A stretch of DNA of 64,000 nt from NCBI GenBank assembly GCA_028716045.1, contig JAQUQO010000001.1:320942-384941 (forward strand), written 5' to 3'. A model generated the notes under the pieces. It had not been told where the DNA came from, made no database searches, and saw only the letters and a list, made by a program, of their open reading frames with translations. Made by a program: the position numbers and the translations under genes. This document shows, one piece after another, positions 9,951 to 19,778 of this stretch (positions are counted from its first letter, which is position 1; every line of letters starts with the position of its first letter). This DNA comes from Patescibacteria group bacterium (GTDB lineage: Bacteria > Patescibacteriota > Patescibacteriia > JAQUQO01).

Positions 9951-10217
9951 ATGGAACTTTATGTTAAAGAAAAACACGGAGGAAATACAGTGGAAGTATT
10001 AATAGGGTTGGTAACAGAAAAAGTGGAAAAAGTAAAATATCGGGGAGTGACTGTGAAAGTACCTTCTGAAGGCAAAGCCTATGTTAAAAAGAACAACAAA
10101 GTTCTTTCTTCTATCTTTTTCAGTTTTAAAAAAATGTTTATAGAAAAAATCAAGGTTGAAAGAATTGCCCCGAAAGAAGTAAAAGTAACCATATTTTTTA
10201 AGGAGGTGAAGAAGTGA
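9951..10217 (+). CDS. hypothetical protein (orphan)
   Basis: AAGGAGG SD; upstream TTGACA promoter and boxA-like GAACTTTAACAATTT; no recognisable motif. Confidence 0.65.
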   Translation: MELYVKEKHGGNTVEVLIGLVTEKVEKVKYRGVTVKVPSEGKAYVKKNNKVLSSIFFSFKKMFIEKIKVERIAPKEVKVTIFFKEVKK

Positions 10218-10690
10218 AAAAAACCGAGAACCCTGCTTTAATTAAATTTAAAAAAACGGCGCGGTTTTTAGAAAAGGCAAATAACCGGAATCTGGAAAAT
10301 ACTTTCTTTTTCAATTTCCCCTTTGATATTAAACCGGGGCAAAAAAACATCTTACTTTCGGAAATCCTCAGCCATCCGGCAATTAATGATTTGGGTGTTG
10401 TTGCTGTAGAAGTTAATGAACTTGATGATGAAAAAGACAAGGTAATGACTATCCCTAATATCGGAGATGAAAAAATTTGGAATTCCAAGACTGATTATCT
10501 GCTCTTAGAGCTTCTATCTAAAGGATTATCTAAAAGCCGATGTTTTTCGGCAATCAAACAAGAGGGTGAAGTTAAAATTTTGGTTTTTCAAAGATTGAGT
10601 TCCGCGGAACTCACAGTATTATTTTTTGGCTATTTCTATGAAAAAATCAGGGATATTGAAATTGAAATAGTTGAAGTAGTTGAAGAGTAA
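10214..10690 (+). CDS. hypothetical protein (orphan)
   Basis: AAGGAGGTG SD; GTG start overlaps the previous stop; followed by a hairpin at 10689-10722. Confidence 0.65.
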   Translation: MKKTENPALIKFKKTARFLEKANNRNLENTFFFNFPFDIKPGQKNILLSEILSHPAINDLGVVAVEVNELDDEKDKVMTIPNIGDEKIWNSKTDYLLLELLSKGLSKSRCFSAIKQEGEVKILVFQRLSSAELTVLFFGYFYEKIRDIEIEIVEVVEE

Positions 10691-10720
10691 CTGCCTTTTA
10701 CCAACAAGTAAGAGGCAGTT

Positions 10721-11842
10721 TTATTTTAAGAAATTATTAAAATTCTGACAAATAAATTTCTCCCTTACCCCCCTTTCCCCTTGCTCCGCCAGTTGATTAT
10801 ACAATTCTTGATTTAAGAATAACTTAATAATTGCCCCCGTTATTTCTTCCACATTTTCCGGATTTACTAAAAGCCCATTAACACCATTTTTTACTGCATC
10901 GGGAACTCCGCCGCTGCGACCGGCAATAACCGGTTTACCAAATAAATTAGCTTCTAGATAAACTATGCCAAATCCCTCTACATCGCCATTGGCTAATTGT
11001 CGCGAGGGCATTATAAACACATCAGCTAAACTATGGTATAAACCCAAATCTTTCGGCTTTATTCCGCCGATAAAAATCACCTTATCTTCTAAATTGTTTT
11101 TCTCAACTAAACCCCCTAGCCGTTCTTCATCCGCTCCATCGCCAACAATCACATAAATTAAATCGGGAATTTTTAATAAAACTTCGGGCAATGCTTTGAT
11201 TACCATATCTATCCCCTTTCTCTCAACCAACCGGCCAATTGTTAAAAGAATTTTTTTATTTTTTAATCCATACGCATTTTTCAATTTTTCTATATCCTCA
11301 CTTGTTGGTTTTTGATATTGGGATAAATCAAGACAGGGATTGATGATTTTAATTTTTTCTTTCTGAACACCTAATTTATTCACCTCATTGGCAGTAAAAG
11401 AACTGTTGGCAACCACCAGCTCGGCATTTTGAAGAATTTTTACAAGCCAGATTTTTTTTCGCGGATGACTTTGCGGATGAAGTATGTCTAATCCATGCGT
11501 GTAAACAACGTAAGGAATCCGGAAAGTTTTTTTAAAAAGATACGCCACATATCCCATCGGCAAGACGTGGCTGATATGAAGCACTTCTATCTTTTCTTTT
11601 CTGACAATTTTCAGCGCGGGCAAAAAAGCCCTTAACCATTTTGGCCTGAAAATTTTATAAAGTAATTTTTTCCTATAGATTTTATAATTCTGCCTTTTAT
11701 CAAACTCCTTGTCGCCGGAAATTTTATTCGCTAAAACACAAATCCTGTCTTCCGGCAAATGAGAAAAGATATTGTAAAGATAGTTGGCTATCCCTCCAAT
11801 TTGCGGTGGAAATTCAAGAGTAATAAGAAGAATTTTTTTCAT
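10721..11842 (-). CDS. glycosyltransferase family 4 (PimB-like)
   Basis: EFPPQIGGIA, GRLVERKG and EGFGIVYLEA motifs. Confidence 0.93.
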   Translation of the reverse strand: MKKILLITLEFPPQIGGIANYLYNIFSHLPEDRICVLANKISGDKEFDKRQNYKIYRKKLLYKIFRPKWLRAFLPALKIVRKEKIEVLHISHVLPMGYVAYLFKKTFRIPYVVYTHGLDILHPQSHPRKKIWLVKILQNAELVVANSSFTANEVNKLGVQKEKIKIINPCLDLSQYQKPTSEDIEKLKNAYGLKNKKILLTIGRLVERKGIDMVIKALPEVLLKIPDLIYVIVGDGADEERLGGLVEKNNLEDKVIFIGGIKPKDLGLYHSLADVFIMPSRQLANGDVEGFGIVYLEANLFGKPVIAGRSGGVPDAVKNGVNGLLVNPENVEEITGAIIKLFLNQELYNQLAEQGERGVREKFICQNFNNFLK

Positions 11843-11848
11843 AAAATC

Positions 11849-13297
11849 TTAAGTGCTATCCTCTTTTTTGAAAAGTGTTCTAAAAATTTTAGTCACATCT
11901 TCTTTGGTTAAACCCCTAACCAACATCAAAAAACCAAAAAAAGAGATAATCCCCGCGGGAACCCCTAAAATCCAGTTTATATACGTTTTAGTATAAAATA
12001 CCATAAAACCCATAAAGACCCCAGAAATCGTCGTTTTAAGGGCAAATTTGAGCAAATTTAGGCCTGTTCCAGGCACAATTCGAAAAACCCAGAACAAATC
12101 CAGTACTAAAAATAAACTATGGCCAGATAGGGCGGAAATTACGGCCCCCAAAAGTCCCAATCGCGGAATAAGTATTATATTTAAAATTATATTTATTAAC
12201 GAGGCAATCCCCATATTGGTTGTATGTGTAGTTTGTTTATCACAAGCATTCATTAAGGAACCGACGGGGTATGTTAAAAATATTGGGATAATGGAAAAAA
12301 TTAAAATCTGTAAAAGCGGGATGGAAGTCAGATAGTTATTACCGTAAACCGTTTTGATAAGCTCGGGTGCCAAGACCGCCGTGCCGATGGCGGTTGGGAT
12401 GGAAATTATCATTAAGTAAAACATTGATTTTTCAAAAATCCCCGACAATTTTTCTTTGGCAGAAACATAACAGGAGCTCATCGCCGGAAAAATAGAAGCG
12501 GCAAAAGCCATGGGAATAAATTGTAAAGCGAAGGTAATTTTATAAGGTACGCTATACCAGCCAACATGCGTTTCGGAAAGCATTTTGGAAATCAAAACTG
12601 AATCCACGGAATTTATTTTTACAAAAATTCCCGCTAAAGCAAAAGGTATGGCTATTTTAAAAAGAAATTTAATTATTTCTTTGTTATACGAAAGGGTTGG
12701 CCAAAATTGGAATTTTTTAACCAGTAAAAGCAGGGAATAGATAAAATTAAATAAGCTATTGCTTAGAACGGCGATAATCAACCAATGTATCGGCCAATGA
12801 AACGCTAGGGCGGAGCCACCGATAATCAAGGTAAGTGTCTGACCGATTATTACGCCCAAAGCTTCGTATTTTAGATTTTGATGAGCGCGAAAAATACCGT
12901 AAAAACTTAAATGAAAAGAATCTAAAAGCATGATAACGCAGGCAATATAAACAAGCTGTCTGGTAATCTCGCTATAACCCAATAAATTAATAAAAATAAT
13001 TACGGCGGCGGAAGCGAGAAAAGAGAGAATCAATTTAACGCCCAAAATATTGTTTAGATATTCAATGGTTTTCCCCTTAAATTTCGCGACCTCGCGAACC
13101 AATACGGACGAAAGGCCTAAATCAACAAAAATAGAAAAAACTGTGGTAAAAGAAAGGGCGAAGAAATATTTACCGGTATCCTCTACTCCGGCTAAACGGG
13201 CAATTAAAGTAAAAAAAATAAAGGACAAAATTTTTTGCCCTATAAACGCTCCAGTCAGATAAGCCGTATTTCTGGTTATTTGCGCCCCTTCTTGCAT
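11849..13297 (-). CDS. Wzx-type flippase / polysaccharide biosynthesis protein
   Basis: About 14 TM segments; DLGLSSVLVREVAK and VGWYSVPYKI. Confidence 0.9.
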   Translation of the reverse strand: MQEGAQITRNTAYLTGAFIGQKILSFIFFTLIARLAGVEDTGKYFFALSFTTVFSIFVDLGLSSVLVREVAKFKGKTIEYLNNILGVKLILSFLASAAVIIFINLLGYSEITRQLVYIACVIMLLDSFHLSFYGIFRAHQNLKYEALGVIIGQTLTLIIGGSALAFHWPIHWLIIAVLSNSLFNFIYSLLLLVKKFQFWPTLSYNKEIIKFLFKIAIPFALAGIFVKINSVDSVLISKMLSETHVGWYSVPYKITFALQFIPMAFAASIFPAMSSCYVSAKEKLSGIFEKSMFYLMIISIPTAIGTAVLAPELIKTVYGNNYLTSIPLLQILIFSIIPIFLTYPVGSLMNACDKQTTHTTNMGIASLINIILNIILIPRLGLLGAVISALSGHSLFLVLDLFWVFRIVPGTGLNLLKFALKTTISGVFMGFMVFYTKTYINWILGVPAGIISFFGFLMLVRGLTKEDVTKIFRTLFKKEDST

Positions 13298-13373
13298 ATA
13301 GTTCTTATATTTTAGCTGATTTTGCAGTAAAAGACAATATTTCTTAAAAATGGTAAAATAACAAAATAAATTT

Positions 13374-14213
13374 ATGGAAACAAACTCTTATAACAATAAA
13401 GACGCCACGAGATATTATATTAAAGACCGGCAACGATTTGGCTGGAGAAATAGGGGCGAAAGAGTTGTAAAATTTACACCCATAAAAGAAGGGTGGACGG
13501 TTTTAGATTTATGTTGCGGACCCGGTTTTACGGCAAAAGTCATTCGCGAACAAATTGGCAAAGAAGGAGAAATAGTCGGCATTGATAATTCCAAACTCTT
13601 TATTAAATATGCTAGGAAATTTTGTAGTTTTAAAAATGCTAAATTTAAACACGGAGACGTTCAAAGTTTAAATAAACTAATAGGTATCCGAAAGTTTGAT
13701 GTTGTGTTGCTTTTAGCTTCGTGGCTGTGGATAAAAAATAAAAAAGCATTGCTTAAAAAAATTGAGAGAGCCCTGGGACCCGATGGGAGATTTGTATTAA
13801 GTTTAACTAGTGATAATTTACTTCATAAAAAAACAAGAAAATTTTATTGGCAATTCAGAAAGAATCTTAAGGAAGCTATTGAAAACCAATATCCAGATAT
13901 AAATCATAGATATTTAGATGATTTGCCAAATTTAAACGCAAAGTATTTAAAAGAAGCTATTTCACTAATAAAAAAGGCTGGCTTTAACCATTTGAATATT
14001 TATGAGGTTAAGAGAAATTTTACTAAAAACGATAAATTGTTTACTTATAAAAATTCCGCCCGAACAGAATGGTTAAGGGGATTACTACCTAAAGATAGGT
14101 TTAAAATTATTAAAAAGGCCCTAATAAAAACTTTTTCTGATTTAAAATTATCTGCAATACAAAGGCATACTTACTATATTGTTTTTAAAAAAATTAAAGC
14201 AAAAAAGGCCTAA
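13374..14213 (+). CDS. class I SAM-dependent methyltransferase
   Basis: VLDLCCGPG, GIDNS, FDVV and LGPDGRF motifs. Confidence 0.85.
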   Translation: METNSYNNKDATRYYIKDRQRFGWRNRGERVVKFTPIKEGWTVLDLCCGPGFTAKVIREQIGKEGEIVGIDNSKLFIKYARKFCSFKNAKFKHGDVQSLNKLIGIRKFDVVLLLASWLWIKNKKALLKKIERALGPDGRFVLSLTSDNLLHKKTRKFYWQFRKNLKEAIENQYPDINHRYLDDLPNLNAKYLKEAISLIKKAGFNHLNIYEVKRNFTKNDKLFTYKNSARTEWLRGLLPKDRFKIIKKALIKTFSDLKLSAIQRHTYYIVFKKIKAKKA

Positions 14214-14321
14214 GTGATTTTTAACAGGGGTCCTTTGATAAGTCTTGTAATTTTAATTTATATATGTTAGAATAAAAACGAGATAATCTTTTAATAATTT
14301 TCCATTTGAGGAGGGTTCAAG

Positions 14322-14507
14322 ATGGACAGAAAGCTACTAAAAGAGTGGGATGAGTCACTCCCTGATAATTTTGATGAGGTTTTGGAAGGAAGATTATTGG
14401 CGGAATCAGAAAGGTGGCTTCAAACATGTCATCTTTCTGCGGAAGCAAAAAGTAACATTCATCAAAGGTTGATGCAAAAACGCCAGGAACTCATGAAAGC
14501 CGCTTAA
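14322..14507 (+). CDS. small hypothetical protein, paralogue of 28419-28775
   Basis: GAGGAGG SD and its own promoter; N-terminus aligns with the 118-aa ORF at 28419-28775. Confidence 0.7.
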   Translation: MDRKLLKEWDESLPDNFDEVLEGRLLAESERWLQTCHLSAEAKSNIHQRLMQKRQELMKAA

Positions 14508-14544
14508 AAAAGTGGCTTTTTAAATTTGGCAAATACAGCTTATA

Positions 14545-15588
14545 TTAGATAATTAACATCCCATCGCCGAAAGAAAAGAATTTACAATTTTTTTTGATAG
14601 CTTTTTTGTATACTGATAAAAGTTTTTCTCTGCCTATCAGCGCGGCAACGAGCATCAGTAAACTGGATTGTGGTACATGAAAATTGGTGATTAGCCCGTC
14701 TATAGATTTAAATTTATAGCCTTCACTGATAAATAAATCTGTGGTTCCGGACAATTTTTTGATTTTCCCTTGTTTGCCAACCGCCGATTCCAAGGTTCTA
14801 ACCACGGTAGTCCCTACTCCAATAACCGGTCGCCCCGACTTTTTTACTTTAGTCAAAAAATTTGCGGTGTTCCTGTCTATTTTATAATACTCTTTGTGCA
14901 GTCGTCCGGATAAGATGTTCTCTTCGGTAAGCGGGGCAAAAGTCCCGAGATTAACGTGTAAAGTAATAAAGACAGTTTTAATCCCTTGTTTTTTGAGTTT
15001 TGTCAAAAGCCGTTTGGTAAAATGCAAAGAAGCTGTAGGCGCCGCGACTGAACCCGGTTCGCGGGCAAAAATTGTTTGATATTGTTTTTTGATTTCCCTT
15101 GGTGTAAGCGGCGAGTTCTTAATATACGGTGGTATAGGGGCCTCACCTTTTTCATTCAATACCGCAAAAAATTTTTTAAACAAGAATGACGGCTTCAAGA
15201 AATAATATTTACCTTTTTGTTTAATTACCCTTAAGGGCATACTTTTATCTAAATACAAAACGGAAGGGATATTTATTTTGCGGTCAGCCATAACTTTCAA
15301 AACATTTTTCTCTTTACTTAAATATAAAATACGCACCTTACCGCCAGTATCTTTTTTTAAAGTAAGTCGCGCTGGGATAACTTTTGTTTCATTAAAAACC
15401 AAAACCGCCCGGGGCGGGAGATATTTTGGCAGATTAGAAAAAGTGTCCCAAAAAATTGCGCCGTCCTTTCTTCTATAAATCAAAAGTTTGGCTTTATCAC
15501 GAGGAGAAGCCGGTTTTTGAGCGATTAATTTTTTCGGAAGTTTATAATCGTATCTTTTTAAAAACGCTTCAAGATTTTGTGTAGGCAT
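14545..15588 (-). CDS. queA: S-adenosylmethionine:tRNA ribosyltransferase-isomerase
   Basis: YDYKLPKKLIAQKP, FNETKVIPARL, GSVAAPTASLHF, TNFHVPQSSL and FFSFGDGM. Confidence 0.96.
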   Translation of the reverse strand: MPTQNLEAFLKRYDYKLPKKLIAQKPASPRDKAKLLIYRRKDGAIFWDTFSNLPKYLPPRAVLVFNETKVIPARLTLKKDTGGKVRILYLSKEKNVLKVMADRKINIPSVLYLDKSMPLRVIKQKGKYYFLKPSFLFKKFFAVLNEKGEAPIPPYIKNSPLTPREIKKQYQTIFAREPGSVAAPTASLHFTKRLLTKLKKQGIKTVFITLHVNLGTFAPLTEENILSGRLHKEYYKIDRNTANFLTKVKKSGRPVIGVGTTVVRTLESAVGKQGKIKKLSGTTDLFISEGYKFKSIDGLITNFHVPQSSLLMLVAALIGREKLLSVYKKAIKKNCKFFSFGDGMLII

Positions 15589-15626
15589 ATCTTGTATTAT
15601 ACCAGATTGAGAGGAAGAATTAGTTT

Positions 15627-15657
15627 AAAAACCGTCCGATAAAATCAGGCGGTTTTT
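15627..15657 (-). terminator. terminator of the ribosomal protein operon
   Basis: AAAAACCGTCCGAT-AAA-ATCAGGCGGTTTTT hairpin after rpsI. Confidence 0.65.
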
Positions 15658-15709
15658 GTATTAAATTAGATTAATTTTAATTCCCGTAAGTTAATTTTTA
15701 TCCGCATTT

Positions 15710-16138
15710 TTAACGTTTGGCCCATTGCGGCGCGCGGCGAGCTCTCTTTAGGCCGGGTTTCTTTCTTTCTTTAACTCTTGGGTCTCTGGTTAAAAATCCT
15801 TCCGCTCGCAATACGGCCTTAAATTCCTCTGGTTTTAATGCTATTAAAGCCCTGGAAATACCATGTCTTACAGCTTCAGATTGACCGTGGACTCCACCGC
15901 CGTTAATTATAACGGAAACATCAACCTTCTTATCAAGGCCGACCAGTTTGAGTGGGGCCAATACATTGCGTTGCTGTTCAACTCTCGGAAAATGTTGTGT
16001 GTAATCCTTCCCGTTTATTTTAATCTCACCTTTGCCTTTCTCATATAAACGAACTCGCGCCGTAGCGCTTTTCCTCCGCCCCACTCCGTAAAAATATTTG
16101 CGCGCGTCTTTAATTGTTTCCGTAGTTTTTATCGCCAT
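15710..16138 (-). CDS. rpsI: 30S ribosomal protein S9
   Basis: GVGRRKSATARV and TRDPRVKERKKPGLKRARRAPQWAKR. Confidence 0.98.
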   Translation of the reverse strand: MAIKTTETIKDARKYFYGVGRRKSATARVRLYEKGKGEIKINGKDYTQHFPRVEQQRNVLAPLKLVGLDKKVDVSVIINGGGVHGQSEAVRHGISRALIALKPEEFKAVLRAEGFLTRDPRVKERKKPGLKRARRAPQWAKR

Positions 16139-16140
16139 AA

Positions 16141-16491
16141 CTATTTAATAATTAAACGTTTAATCATTTCGTTTCTTAAGGTATTCTTCGGCAACATTCC
16201 CCAAACTGCTTTTTTCAGGGCCTCGGCCATGGAGATATCTTTTAACTTTTTAGCTTTTAATCCGCCCAAATAAAGCGAAGTGTGATAATATGTTTTTTGA
16301 GTTAATTTTTTACCAGTGACTTTTATTTTGTCAGAGTTGCTAACTTCAACAAAATCCCCGCCGTCAACATTGGGGACAAAACTCGCTTTATTTTTTCCGC
16401 GTAAAATCATAGCGATTGTGCTTGCCAATCGTCCGAGGATTTTACCGGTAGCGTCTAGTTTGTAAATTTTTCGTGCTATCTTTTTTACCAT
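16141..16491 (-). CDS. rplM: 50S ribosomal protein L13 (short form)
   Basis: LDATGKILGRLAS, LRGKNK, DGGDFV and GMLPKN. Confidence 0.96.
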   Translation of the reverse strand: MVKKIARKIYKLDATGKILGRLASTIAMILRGKNKASFVPNVDGGDFVEVSNSDKIKVTGKKLTQKTYYHTSLYLGGLKAKKLKDISMAEALKKAVWGMLPKNTLRNEMIKRLIIK

Positions 16492-16495
16492 AATA

Positions 16496-16846
16496 TTATA
16501 CAAATTCTATTTTTGCCATTCTGGCTCCATCGCCCTTGCGGGGAATTATTTTAGTAATTCTTGTATATCCACCCTTTCTGTCTTTATAACGAGGAGCTAA
16601 ATCTTCAAGTATCTTTTTAACCGCGCTTTCCGTATAAAGAATGCTTAAAAGCTCGCGGCGAACCGTTAGATTGTTTCTTTTTCCTTTGGTGATAAGTTTT
16701 TCCACGAAAGGTCTTAAGGCTTTAGCTTTGGCTTCGGTCGTTTTTATCTTTTCATACAAAATAAAACTAGTCGCCAAGGAACGTAATAGCGCTCCCCGCG
16801 CCGCTTTCGCTCTATCCAAAATTTTGCCCCGCTTTAGATGTCGCAT
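16496..16846 (-). CDS. rplQ: 50S ribosomal protein L17
   Basis: MRH start, IKTTEAKAK and GGYTRI. Confidence 0.98.
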   Translation of the reverse strand: MRHLKRGKILDRAKAARGALLRSLATSFILYEKIKTTEAKAKALRPFVEKLITKGKRNNLTVRRELLSILYTESAVKKILEDLAPRYKDRKGGYTRITKIIPRKGDGARMAKIEFV

Positions 16847-16851
16847 AAATA

Positions 16852-17685
16852 TTATTTTTTCGCTTTAGCAGTTTTTTTTACAGCTTTCTTTTTTGTTTCT
16901 TTTTTCTCATTTTTTTCTTCTTCCCCTTTATCATCACTATTTTCTTCTTTAATTTCTCCCTTATCAGCAGATGCCTTTTTCTTTGATTTATTCTCATTTA
17001 CCAAATCCATCAAAAGATTAAAATGGTTAAGTAAAATTTGAACGGACTGTTTAAAGGCCTCCTCCGGAGAGATGGTTCCATCAGTAACCACCTCTAAAAT
17101 CAATTTATCGTAGTTTGTAATCTGACCAACGCGGACATTCTCCGTTTTAAACCCCACATTTTTAGCCGGAGAAAATATGGAATCAATGGCGATTTCCCCT
17201 ATTTCTAAATTTTTTCTGTCTCTCATTTCAGTAGTGATATAACCACGGCCTTGGCTAACGGTAATTTCCATATCTAATTCGGCATCTTTATCGGTCAAGG
17301 TGGCAATATGAAGGTTTTTATTGATAATTTCCACGTCGGACGATTTTGAGATATCATCAGCAGTAACCTCTTTCTCACCCTTTACTTTTAAATTTAATTT
17401 AACCGGTTCTTCGCTAAAAACTTTTAAACGCAATTGTTTTAGGTTTAAAATTATTTCAATCACATCTTCTAAAACGTGAGGAATCGCCGAAAATTCATGG
17501 TCAACACCCTTAACTTTAAAACTGGTCACCGCCGCTCCCGGCAAAGAAGACAGTAAAACTCTTCGTAAGGCGTTTCCTAAAGTCAAACCATAACCAAAAT
17601 AACAAGGGGAGATTGTAAAAATCGCTTTATTTTCCTCCTTGCTTTTAGTTATTTCAACTTGCGAAGGCAAAATTATATTTTCCAT
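16852..17685 (-). CDS. rpoA: RNA polymerase alpha subunit lacking the alpha-CTD
   Basis: GYGLTLGNALRRVLLSSLPG, HEFS and IDSIFSP; ends in a K/E-rich tail at 277 aa. Confidence 0.95.
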   Translation of the reverse strand: MENIILPSQVEITKSKEENKAIFTISPCYFGYGLTLGNALRRVLLSSLPGAAVTSFKVKGVDHEFSAIPHVLEDVIEIILNLKQLRLKVFSEEPVKLNLKVKGEKEVTADDISKSSDVEIINKNLHIATLTDKDAELDMEITVSQGRGYITTEMRDRKNLEIGEIAIDSIFSPAKNVGFKTENVRVGQITNYDKLILEVVTDGTISPEEAFKQSVQILLNHFNLLMDLVNENKSKKKASADKGEIKEENSDDKGEEEKNEKKETKKKAVKKTAKAKK

Positions 17686-17706
17686 AAGTTGAAAATTATT
17701 TTTTGA

Positions 17707-18336
17707 TTATCGAGAATAAAACTCAATAATCATTTTAGTATTAATAATTCCCCTTAATTTATCATCTACCGGATCTTTGACAACTTTGGCGGACGCTTCT
17801 TTGTCATCCCAACTTAACCAGTCAGGAATATTTTCCGGTTTAATATTTTTAATTGTCTCGGCAAAGATATTTTTCTTTTTTGAATTTTCTTTTACTTTGA
17901 TAACATCGCCGGTCCTGACGCTGAAAGAAGGTATATCCGCTCTTTTGTTGTTGACGGTAAAATGCGCGTGAGCGACTAATTGTCTGGCGAGGTTGCGCGA
18001 TTTAGCCAGCCCCAAACGATAAATAACATTGTCCAGGCGCGTTTCCAATAAACGAAGCAGATTATCGCCGGTAACGCCTTTAGTCGTGACAGCTTTCTTA
18101 CAATAATTACGAAATTGTCTTTCTAAAAGACCGTACATGCGTTTAGCCTGCTGTTTTTCCCTAAGCTGAATACCATAGCCGGTCAATCTCGGCTGACCTT
18201 TAACTCCATGCATTCCCGGCGGGTAATTACGCTTAATCAGGGGACATTTAGAAGAAGAACACTTGTCTCCTTTTAGAAAAAGTTTTTTCCCTTCTCGGCG
18301 GCATTGTTTGCATTTTTCGTTTAAATTTCTGGCCAT
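17707..18336 (-). CDS. rpsD: 30S ribosomal protein S4 (Zn-binding type)
   Basis: CKQCRREG, YGIQLREKQ and LETRLDNVIYRLG. Confidence 0.98.
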   Translation of the reverse strand: MARNLNEKCKQCRREGKKLFLKGDKCSSSKCPLIKRNYPPGMHGVKGQPRLTGYGIQLREKQQAKRMYGLLERQFRNYCKKAVTTKGVTGDNLLRLLETRLDNVIYRLGLAKSRNLARQLVAHAHFTVNNKRADIPSFSVRTGDVIKVKENSKKKNIFAETIKNIKPENIPDWLSWDDKEASAKVVKDPVDDKLRGIINTKMIIEFYSR

Positions 18337-18339
18337 ACT

Positions 18340-18846
18340 TTATACTCTCCTCGCTCTTCTGGGACGGCAACCGTTATGAGGTATCGGAGTTGTATCCTTA
18401 ATTAATAAAAGATTAAAACCATTGGCATTAAGAGCGCGAATAGCCGCTTCTCTTCCGGCGCCGACTCCTTTGACAAAAACATTCAAATCCTTTAAGCCAT
18501 AGGGTCTGACTTTTTCTGAAACACTGGCTACTATGATTCCCGCGGCGTAAGGAGTCGCTTTCTTGGGCCCCCTAAATCCGCAAATGCCAGCGCTGGACCA
18601 ACCCAAAACATTTCCGTTTTGGTCGGTAATCGTGACAATAGTATTATTATATGTTGATTGGATGTAAGCCCTGCCTTGAGTAACTTGCTTAACCGGTTTT
18701 TTTGCTTTCTTCACTTTTTTTTCTTTACCATCTGCTTCCGACTTTTCTTTGGCTACCGGAGCTACCGCAGCGGCGGCAGCGGCTTCAGAAGAAAAAAAAT
18801 CTTTTTCCTCATCAACTTTAATTGTATTTTTAGAAACTTCTTCCAT
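18340..18846 (-). CDS. rpsK: 30S ribosomal protein S11 with N-terminal low-complexity extension
   Basis: STYNNTIVTITD, KKATPYAA and TPIPHNGCRP. Confidence 0.97.
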   Translation of the reverse strand: MEEVSKNTIKVDEEKDFFSSEAAAAAAVAPVAKEKSEADGKEKKVKKAKKPVKQVTQGRAYIQSTYNNTIVTITDQNGNVLGWSSAGICGFRGPKKATPYAAGIIVASVSEKVRPYGLKDLNVFVKGVGAGREAAIRALNANGFNLLLIKDTTPIPHNGCRPRRARRV

Positions 18847-18856
18847 AAAAAATAAA

Positions 18857-19246
18857 TTATGTTTTCTGGCCAGCCGGTTTTTTACCGCTGCCCATAGTTC
18901 TTCTGGTGTTACCTCTCACGGTTCTGGAATTAGTTTTAGTTCTCTGTCCGCGAACCGGCAAACCTTTATGATGGCGGGAACCGCGGTAAGAGCCAATCTC
19001 TTTCAACCTTTTTATATTACTCATAATATCACGGCGTAATTCTCCTTCAACGCGATATTCTTTTTCTATAATACTGCGTAATTTATTAACTTCATCATCA
19101 GTCAAGTTTTTAACTCGGGTATCCGGATTCACTTTAGTCCTTTTTAAAATATCCCGCGCGTTATTTATACCAATTCCATAAATATAGCTAAGCGCTACTT
19201 CTACTCTTTTATTGATTGGAATGTTGACTCCGGCTATTCTTGCCAT
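18857..19246 (-). CDS. rpsM: 30S ribosomal protein S13
   Basis: MARIAGV and [12 protein letters not shown]. Confidence 0.98.
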   Translation of the reverse strand: MARIAGVNIPINKRVEVALSYIYGIGINNARDILKRTKVNPDTRVKNLTDDEVNKLRSIIEKEYRVEGELRRDIMSNIKRLKEIGSYRGSRHHKGLPVRGQRTKTNSRTVRGNTRRTMGSGKKPAGQKT

Positions 19247-19251
19247 ATGGT

Positions 19252-19365
19252 TTATCCTTGTCTTTGTTTATGTTTAGGAATTTTACAAATAACACAAACG
19301 CGCCCCTTGCGGCGGACGATTTTGCAATCTTTACAAATTTTTTTAACAGAAGCGCGAACTTTCAT
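19252..19365 (-). CDS. rpmJ: 50S ribosomal protein L36 (missed by the ORF track)
   Basis: Manual translation gives [37 protein letters not shown]. Confidence 0.98.
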   Translation of the reverse strand: MKVRASVKKICKDCKIVRRKGRVCVICKIPKHKQRQG

Positions 19366-19367
19366 AA

Positions 19368-19592
19368 TTAAAATCTATAAGTAATTCGTCCCTTAGTTAA
19401 ATCATACGGCGTCATTTCCACTCTTACTTTATCACCCATCAACAGCCTGATTTTATTCATTCTCATTTTTCCGGAAAGATGCCCTAAAATTTCATGGCCG
19501 TTATCCAATTTAACTTTAAAGGAAGCGGCAGGTAATAATTCTATTACCTCCCCCTCCATTTCTAACAAATCTTGATTATTTTTTGAAACCAT
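19368..19592 (-). CDS. infA: translation initiation factor IF-1
   Basis: [20 protein letters not shown] and [12 protein letters not shown]. Confidence 0.98.
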   Translation of the reverse strand: MVSKNNQDLLEMEGEVIELLPAASFKVKLDNGHEILGHLSGKMRMNKIRLLMGDKVRVEMTPYDLTKGRITYRF

Positions 19593-19778
19593 TTTTAAGT
19601 AAAAAAAATAGGGCTATCTTTTTATCAGTTATCCACAGTTATGCGGATTTATTCTAATCTTACAGTAATTTTGGAATACCGTCAAGATATTTAGCCCGCT
19701 TTTTAAAAGTAAGCTTATTATATATTTTTCTCTAATTAGTGTCAAGGGCGAATTTTACGGCTAAAATTAGCTAAAAAA

